DNA of 64,000 nt, taken from an uncultured Flavobacteriales bacterium (GTDB lineage Bacteria > Bacteroidota > Bacteroidia > Flavobacteriales_E > Vicingaceae). Positions 57,938-64,000 of this stretch are shown one piece after another. The DNA lies in assembly GCA_937901255.1 (NCBI GenBank), contig CALCHN010000044.1, positions 6,102-70,101 of the forward strand, read 5' to 3'. Every line of letters begins with the position of its first letter. Within the stretch, counting starts at the first letter, position 1. Made by a program: the position numbers and the translations under genes. The notes beneath the pieces are model-generated. The model did not search any database. It saw nothing but the letters and a program-made list of their open reading frames with translations, and had not been told where the DNA came from.

Positions 57938-60900
57938 ATGAAAAACAAATTCTTTAATTTTTACAAAACAGTTGTATTATCTGCAATTTTTTTAGCCTTT
58001 TCAATTAAAAGTGAAGCTCAAGAGAAGAAAAGAGCCACCTTTTGGCATTTTGGAAATCAAGCAGCATTAGATTTTACTTGTCAGCCCGTTAGTTTTAGTG
58101 GTAGCCCAATGAATGCTTTTGAAGGTTCCGCTACTATTAGTGATACTAATGGAATTTTACAATTTTTCACACAAGGAACAACAGTTTGGGATAGAAACAA
58201 CAATGTAATGCCCAACGGTACAGGACTGTTAGGAAACCCTTCTTCTGTTCAGGCTGCTGTTATCGTTCCTCACCCCGGCAACAACGACAGGTATTTTATT
58301 TTTACCACAGATGCTATTTTTGAAAACAATGGTATTAATGGTTTGCAATGGCATGAGGTGGATATGACATTAAATGCCGGTAATGGTGATGTTATTACTA
58401 AAAACAATATGCTTACCGATAAAACTCAAGAAAGGTTAGTAGCAGTAAGAAATGCAACATCAACCGGATATTGGATAGTAGTTCTAAAAATTCATCCAAC
58501 ATCAACCTCTAGTTCAAACCAAGGATACAATGAATTTCACGCTTATGAAGTTACAGCAGCAGGTGTAAATCCGGTGCCGGTTATATCTACAACAGGTCCA
58601 ATGATTAACTGGAATTCTTATGGGATGTATATGTCGCCACAAGGCAATGCCTTAGTAACAGCACATCCTGATTTTAATGTATATGATTTTGATAATTCTA
58701 CAGGAGCTTTGGTTCATAAGTGGCAAGCGGTAGTCAGTCCATTTATGGGATCATTTGAATTTTCTCCAGATGGAAATATTTTATATGGCACACGTCAAGG
58801 AAGTGGAATATATCAGTTTGATTTGAATGCAGCAAATGTTACTGCCTTTGAAAACTCCATGACTTTGGTTTCTCCTTCGGGTTCATCCTATAAAGCACTA
58901 CAATTAGGCCCGGATTGTAGATTGTACGCCATGCCGTCAAGTGGAAATTATCTTTCAGCATTTAATAGCCCTAATGTTTTTGGTGTCGGAAGCGGTTTTG
59001 TACAAAATGCTGTAACCATTAATTCAGGAACTTTTAATCATTGTTTAACTAACTTTTGTGCTTCATTTTTTGAAGACCCTTGCTCTACCATGTTAGATTT
59101 TTCTCTTTCTGCTGTTGATGCCAGTTGTGTAAATGATGGTTCTGCGAGTGTTATCAATTTACAAGGTCAACCACCATTTAATATATTATGGTCTAACGGA
59201 GGAACAACTCAAACCATTAATAACTTAAGCGGAGGAATGTATTCTGTTACTATTTCTGATGCAAGTGGATGTACATTAACTGATAGTATTTATGTTAATC
59301 AACCACAAACAATTTCTATAGATAGTGCTACCATTACCAATGCTTCTACATGTGGAGGGGTTGATGGAGCTATAGATTTACACCTAAGTGTAGTTGGTTC
59401 AGATACACTTACCACATTATTGGCAGAAGGATTTGAAACAGATGGACATGGAACTAGATATACAGCCAACCCATACCCTGGAACACCAAGTAACTTTTAC
59501 TTTTTTAAAAGAGGAGATGATAATACTATTGACTTTTCAACCAACCCAACCAACGAAGAAGGAAGTTTTTATTTTGGAGCTAGGAGAACAGGATTTTCTA
59601 GTCTTCCCATAACTTGCGATGTTACCACTAATCCAACTAACATAGCCGGGTATTCAAATATTGAAGTTTGTGTTTTATTGGCATTAGGAAGAAATAATAT
59701 GAGTGTTGATCCTAATAACCACATGACAGTTGAATATAACATAGATGGTTTGGGATGGAATACGTTAGCTACTTTCAGACCACCTTCAGGAACTTTTCCC
59801 TCCGGTTTAGCAGAAGATACCAATAATGATGGTTTTGGTGATGGAACAGCCTTGTCAACTACTTTTCAGGATTTTTGTTATCAAGTTCCCACAACAGGTA
59901 CAAACATTGAGGTACGTGTAAGTACTGATATGAGTGGTTCAAGTTTACGTCAATCTGCGTTTGATTTCATTAGAGTAAAAGGTTTAGCTCCTTATTCATA
60001 CACTATTTTATGGTCCACTACAGACACAACTGAAGATATAAGCAATTTATCTCAAGGTACTTATACGGTAACTATAACAGGGCAAAATAATTGTGTGGTT
60101 ACAGATAATTTTACAATAACAGATCCTTGTGTTCCTCAAACTCTTACAGCATCTTTTAATTTACCTTCTGACACAATTTGTGTAGGAGAATGTTTTATTC
60201 CTGTTGATAACAGTATTGGAACTAATATAACCAATTGGAATTGGACTTTTGCCAATGGAACTCCTGGAAATAGTGCGAACCAAAATCCTGGAAATATTTG
60301 CTATACTACTCCAGGAACACATAATATAACGCTTCAGGTAACAGATGCTAATTCAAATACGGATGATACTACCATTGTAATTACGGTATTAGCTCCTACA
60401 TCTGGTACAACTACAGCTACTATTTGTCAGGGAGATAGTATTTTGTTAGGAGGAGTTTACCAAACGGTGGCAGGTAATTATAATGATACTTTAACAAACA
60501 CTTTTGGCTGTGATAGTGTGTTGACTACTACATTATCTGTAAGTCCGGCAGATGATGCTGGCTTTAGTTATTCAGCCGGCACTTATTGCTTATCAGATCC
60601 AAATCCATCACCAACAATAACCGGATTGTCAGGTGGAACATTTACAATAGACAATAGTGGAGTAATTAATGCTACTACCGGAGAGCTTAATATAGCATCA
60701 TCAGGAATAGGAACCTTTAATGTAACTTACATTACCAATGGGACTTGTCCTTCGGATAGTGTTTTTGTTATTAACATAACTTCAGGAGCTAATGCCACCA
60801 TTACGCCTATAGCAACTATTTGTGAAAATGAACTTCCATTTACATTAACAGCTGTAGATGGTGGTGGAACTTGGTCAGGAACGGGAATAACGAACACTAC

Positions 60901-62290
60901 AAACGGTACTTTTGACCCAAGTGTTGCCGGAACAGGAAATCATACTATTACTTATGCGATAAATTCTTCTTGTGGAGATACCGATTCAGTGATAATTACG
61001 GTATTGAGTGTGCCAACTACTAATACAACTGCAAGTATTTGCCAAGGAGATAGTATTTTACTAGGAGGAAGCTTTCAAACTACAGCAGGCACATACAATG
61101 ACACTCTTACTGCTGGAGCTACAAACGGATGCGATAGTATAGTAATTACCAATTTAACCATAAATTCAGTAGCAACGGGAACAGCTTCAGCAACCATTTG
61201 TCAAGGAGATAGTATTTTGTTAGGTGGAGCTTACCAAACCACAGCAGGTACTTATATAGATACCGTTTCTGGTGGAGCTTCTAACGGTTGTGATAGTATT
61301 ATTAGCACTACGTTAAATGTAAATCTTATCAATACAAATTCATCTAGCATTACTATATGCCAAGGAGATAGTGCTTTAATACATGGTAATTATGAAACAA
61401 CAGCAGGCATATATACCCAAACTTATACGAATGTAAATGGTTGCGATAGCATAGAGCAAGTTACCTTGATTTTAAATTCGCCTAGTATTACTTCTCAAAT
61501 TGTAAACTTTTGTGCCGGAGGAAGTGTGGTAGTCAACGGAAACACTTATAATACAAATACAACTGTGGTAGATACATTTACCAATATTGTAGGCTGCGAT
61601 AGCATTATTACTTATCAAATCATACAAAGAGATACGTTTAATGTTATCAATAATATGAGTATTTGTGATGGCGAAAGTGCTTTTTTACAAGGAGCAAATC
61701 AAACAACAAGTGGAACGTATGTAGATACTTATACCTCCATTTATGGATGCGATAGTCTTGTTACAACTAATTTAACAGTACATCCTTTACCTTTAGCTTC
61801 TGCAGGAAATGACACAACAGTTGGTTATAACGCTGTTATAACGCTAAATGGGGCGGGAGGAACGACTTACACATGGAGTCCTTCAACAGGCTTAAGTTGT
61901 TCTAATTGTGCCAATCCTTCGGTAACCATTACAGGAGAAACTACCTTTTATCTAACAGTAACAGATGCTAATGGATGTTCTTCCACCGACCAAGTAACCA
62001 TTTTTATGGATGACAGTTTTGTGTTTTTTGTCCCTAATATTTTTTCACCTAATGGAGATAATGAAAATGATGTATTTTATGTGAGAGGACAAGGGTTTAA
62101 ATCCATAAGCATCAATATATTTAACAGATGGGGACAAAAAGTTTTTGAAAGTGATGATGTAAATAACGGATGGGATGGAACATTTAACGGACAAGAAATG
62201 AATACTGGAGTTTTTGTTTACTACATCAATTTAGAGTTGTTTAACGGTGAAAAAATTCAAAAACAAGGAAACATTACATTGGTAAGGTAA
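57938..62290 (+). CDS. Large T9SS cell-surface adhesin with a type-B (gliding-motility-associated) C-terminal domain
   Basis: Signal peptide. The conserved N-terminal domain reads FWHFGNQAALDF...NAFEGSATISD. SprB-type repeats, a PKD-like domain (about 60140-60391) and Ig-like modules follow. There are 6 Cys modules. The C-terminal FFVPNIFSPNGDNENDVF...GWDGTFNG...GVFVYYI (62009-62287) matches the TIGR04131-type pattern. Confidence 0.85.
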   Translation: MKNKFFNFYKTVVLSAIFLAFSIKSEAQEKKRATFWHFGNQAALDFTCQPVSFSGSPMNAFEGSATISDTNGILQFFTQGTTVWDRNNNVMPNGTGLLGNPSSVQAAVIVPHPGNNDRYFIFTTDAIFENNGINGLQWHEVDMTLNAGNGDVITKNNMLTDKTQERLVAVRNATSTGYWIVVLKIHPTSTSSSNQGYNEFHAYEVTAAGVNPVPVISTTGPMINWNSYGMYMSPQGNALVTAHPDFNVYDFDNSTGALVHKWQAVVSPFMGSFEFSPDGNILYGTRQGSGIYQFDLNAANVTAFENSMTLVSPSGSSYKALQLGPDCRLYAMPSSGNYLSAFNSPNVFGVGSGFVQNAVTINSGTFNHCLTNFCASFFEDPCSTMLDFSLSAVDASCVNDGSASVINLQGQPPFNILWSNGGTTQTINNLSGGMYSVTISDASGCTLTDSIYVNQPQTISIDSATITNASTCGGVDGAIDLHLSVVGSDTLTTLLAEGFETDGHGTRYTANPYPGTPSNFYFFKRGDDNTIDFSTNPTNEEGSFYFGARRTGFSSLPITCDVTTNPTNIAGYSNIEVCVLLALGRNNMSVDPNNHMTVEYNIDGLGWNTLATFRPPSGTFPSGLAEDTNNDGFGDGTALSTTFQDFCYQVPTTGTNIEVRVSTDMSGSSLRQSAFDFIRVKGLAPYSYTILWSTTDTTEDISNLSQGTYTVTITGQNNCVVTDNFTITDPCVPQTLTASFNLPSDTICVGECFIPVDNSIGTNITNWNWTFANGTPGNSANQNPGNICYTTPGTHNITLQVTDANSNTDDTTIVITVLAPTSGTTTATICQGDSILLGGVYQTVAGNYNDTLTNTFGCDSVLTTTLSVSPADDAGFSYSAGTYCLSDPNPSPTITGLSGGTFTIDNSGVINATTGELNIASSGIGTFNVTYITNGTCPSDSVFVINITSGANATITPIATICENELPFTLTAVDGGGTWSGTGITNTTNGTFDPSVAGTGNHTITYAINSSCGDTDSVIITVLSVPTTNTTASICQGDSILLGGSFQTTAGTYNDTLTAGATNGCDSIVITNLTINSVATGTASATICQGDSILLGGAYQTTAGTYIDTVSGGASNGCDSIISTTLNVNLINTNSSSITICQGDSALIHGNYETTAGIYTQTYTNVNGCDSIEQVTLILNSPSITSQIVNFCAGGSVVVNGNTYNTNTTVVDTFTNIVGCDSIITYQIIQRDTFNVINNMSICDGESAFLQGANQTTSGTYVDTYTSIYGCDSLVTTNLTVHPLPLASAGNDTTVGYNAVITLNGAGGTTYTWSPSTGLSCSNCANPSVTITGETTFYLTVTDANGCSSTDQVTIFMDDSFVFFVPNIFSPNGDNENDVFYVRGQGFKSISINIFNRWGQKVFESDDVNNGWDGTFNGQEMNTGVFVYYINLELFNGEKIQKQGNITLVR
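60422..60541 (+). repeat. Outlying first copy of the ICQGDS...GCDS module (intragenic)
   Basis: Encodes ICQGDSILLGGVYQTVAGNYNDTLTNTFGCDSVLTTTLSV. Confidence 0.75.
61037..61780 (+). repeat. Five tandem copies of a 51-53-aa Cys module (intragenic coding repeat)
   Basis: Module starts are at 61037, 61196, 61355, 61508 and 61661, giving periods of 159, 159, 153 and 153 nt. Consensus is (I/F)C.G(D/G)S....G....T.G.Y.DT.....GCDS. Confidence 0.8.
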
Positions 62291-62317
62291 TTAACTAATA
62301 AACAAATATTTAACACT

Positions 62318-63361
62318 ATGAAAAAAGCGGCCATTTTAATCTTGATTTTAACCTTTATTTACACCAATAGCAAAGGTCAAGACATTCATTTTTCACAATA
62401 TTTTAATACTCCTTTAATAATAAATCCTGCATTAACAGGTGTTTTTGGAGGAGACCAACGTGCTATGCTAGCCTACAGAAATCAATGGGCAAGTGTGGCT
62501 TCTCCCTACAAAACTTATGGAGTATCATTTGACACACGATTATTTGAAAAAAGTAGAAAAAACTTTTTGCTTGGAGTGGGTTTTAATGTGTATAAAGATG
62601 TTGCCGGAGATACAGAGTTGGGTATTACAAGTGCAGGACTTTCTGTAAGTGGTATTGTAAAAATACACGATAAACAACATTTAACAGCAGGTGTTCACGG
62701 AGGATTTGACCAAAGAAGCATTAACCAATCTAACATGATTTGGGACAATCAGTTTGATGGACAAACATACATACCAACCGCTCCTAGTTTTGAATTTAGA
62801 GATTATAATAAACCATTCGGAATTGCTGATGTAAATGTGGGAGTTGCTTGGATTTATTCCGATGCTCAAAAAACAATCACCTCTAATGATGCATTTTCAG
62901 TAAAAGCAGGATTAGTATATAATCACCTAACAAAACCGGATATTTCTTATGGAGATGTTGCTGATAATTTATATGATAAAATAACTTTTCATACGGCTGC
63001 TAATATTGGAATTGCAAATAGTTCATTATCAGTATTACCAATAGTGGTTTTTAATAAACAAGGACCTAATTCAGAATTATTATTTGGAGCCTTATTGAGA
63101 CATCGAATTAAAGAAGATTCTAAATATACCGGAATTTTTCAAGAATCAGCCATAGCTTTTGGAGTTCACTCTAGATGGGGAGACGCCTTAATTCCATCAA
63201 TAACTTACGAAATTTCTCATTGGAAATTATGTGTGAGTTATGATGCTAATATTTCTGATTTAGCAGTAGCAAGCGATGGAGTAGGTGGTTTTGAGATAAC
63301 GTTAACATTCGTCAACCCTAGTCCTTTTGGTTCAGGAAAATCTAAAGCAAGATTTAATTAA
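62318..63361 (+). CDS. PorP/SprF family type IX secretion system membrane protein
   Basis: Signal peptide followed by the hallmark QDIHFSQYFNTPLIINPALTG. Beta-barrel-like composition. It starts 27 nt after the adhesin stop. Confidence 0.9.
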   Translation: MKKAAILILILTFIYTNSKGQDIHFSQYFNTPLIINPALTGVFGGDQRAMLAYRNQWASVASPYKTYGVSFDTRLFEKSRKNFLLGVGFNVYKDVAGDTELGITSAGLSVSGIVKIHDKQHLTAGVHGGFDQRSINQSNMIWDNQFDGQTYIPTAPSFEFRDYNKPFGIADVNVGVAWIYSDAQKTITSNDAFSVKAGLVYNHLTKPDISYGDVADNLYDKITFHTAANIGIANSSLSVLPIVVFNKQGPNSELLFGALLRHRIKEDSKYTGIFQESAIAFGVHSRWGDALIPSITYEISHWKLCVSYDANISDLAVASDGVGGFEITLTFVNPSPFGSGKSKARFN

Positions 63362-63373
63362 AATCTCATTATT

Positions 63374-64000
63374 ATGACACGAATTTACTTATATCCCTTT
63401 TTACTTATTATAGCAATTAGCTTGTTTTTCAATAATGCTTATGCCCAAAACTGTCCGTCACTAAACGTTGTTGGTAGCTTTAACAATATAGTATCATGGC
63501 CCACTAGTTATGCTACCGCACAAAGTGACGGACATTGTTTAACCTTTACACCTCCATACCCTCCAACTTTATGTTTTGAGTATCAGGTGCCATACTCAGA
63601 TACAGTGTTGTTTTCCTTACACCTAAATGCTTGTGGAGGCACAAGCTCAATAAATACAGGTAACTATGGAGGAGGTTGTAGCTCAATAAGCTCGGGGAAT
63701 TCAACTTTTACCGGAACAGCTACTTACGATGCCAATTGCAATTTGATAGGAAATGCAGCGTATGTAGGTTATTGTGGAGGAGCAGTTTCCGGTGATATTT
63801 TAACCATTTGTTTTAACATTAACACTTCAACGGTTTGTGAGCCAATTACCATTTGTCCAACTGCTTTTTGCGGTGCTAGTTCTTGTAAAACAACACTTCC
63901 AATTAGTTTAATGTCATTTGAAGGAAAGTGCTTAAATGGAAGCTATGTATTTAATTGGGTAACATCATCAGAAATAAATAATGATTACTTTACGATAGAG
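63374..64000 (+). CDS. Cys-rich secreted protein, N-terminal 209 codons (runs off the window)
   Basis: Manual translation gives MTRIYLYPFLLIIAISLFFNNAYAQNCPSLNVVG..., with at least 14 Cys residues. It ends in LPISLMSFEGKC..FNWVTSSEINNDYFTIE. It starts 12 nt after the PorP/SprF stop. Confidence 0.6.
   Translation, partial: MTRIYLYPFLLIIAISLFFNNAYAQNCPSLNVVGSFNNIVSWPTSYATAQSDGHCLTFTPPYPPTLCFEYQVPYSDTVLFSLHLNACGGTSSINTGNYGGGCSSISSGNSTFTGTATYDANCNLIGNAAYVGYCGGAVSGDILTICFNINTSTVCEPITICPTAFCGASSCKTTLPISLMSFEGKCLNGSYVFNWVTSSEINNDYFTIE

Noticed and set aside
1-64000. Window-wide scan for CRISPR arrays, rRNA or tRNA genes, transposases or integrases, prophage genes, toxin-antitoxin pairs and known defence-system hallmarks.
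   Set aside because: None was seen. All intergenic gaps are about 310 bp or shorter and are accounted for by promoters, terminators or short palindromes. No ORF shows transposase, integrase, nuclease-ATPase or reverse-transcriptase motifs.

Overview
AT-rich chromosomal segment from a member of the Bacteroidota, probably Flavobacteriia-like. The taxon is inferred from T9SS C-terminal sorting domains, a PorP/SprF gene, a divergent tsaD/TamB pair and TAnnTTTG promoter boxes. About 90% of the window is coding. Most of it is core housekeeping: pfkA, a THUMP RNA methyltransferase, a SCO/TlpA redox pair, a MacAB-like ABC exporter, rocD, thyA, tsaD, a TamB-like giant protein, valS, a DAACS symporter, dnaA, DAHP synthase/chorismate mutase, fhs, ribBA, ruvX, ribD and an M42 peptidase. 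From about 45.6 kb the content becomes cell-surface and accessory. It holds a T9SS type-A cargo protein, a small exopolysaccharide locus (asnB-like, GT4, wza, wzc, rfbC, wecA-like), an orphan 504-aa helical protein, a 1450-aa type-B-CTD adhesin with its downstream PorP/SprF partner, and a truncated Cys-rich secreted protein. I found no rRNA, tRNA, CRISPR array, transposase, integrase or recognisable defence system, and no intergenic gap exceeds about 310 bp. I do not see a convincing wholly new multi-gene system. The best leads are: (1) an apparent roughly 200-aa domain inserted inside a SprB repeat of the adhesin, plus a tandem Cys-module array; (2) the adhesin / PorP / Cys-rich protein cluster and the uncharacterised 504-aa gene tied to the EPS operon; (3) nested GC-rich palindromic elements bracketing pfkA; (4) a permuted, split 5'-nucleotidase whose two halves carry different export signals; (5) several perfect palindromes in promoter regions. 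All functional calls come from reading the translated ORFs for motifs. No database search was run.
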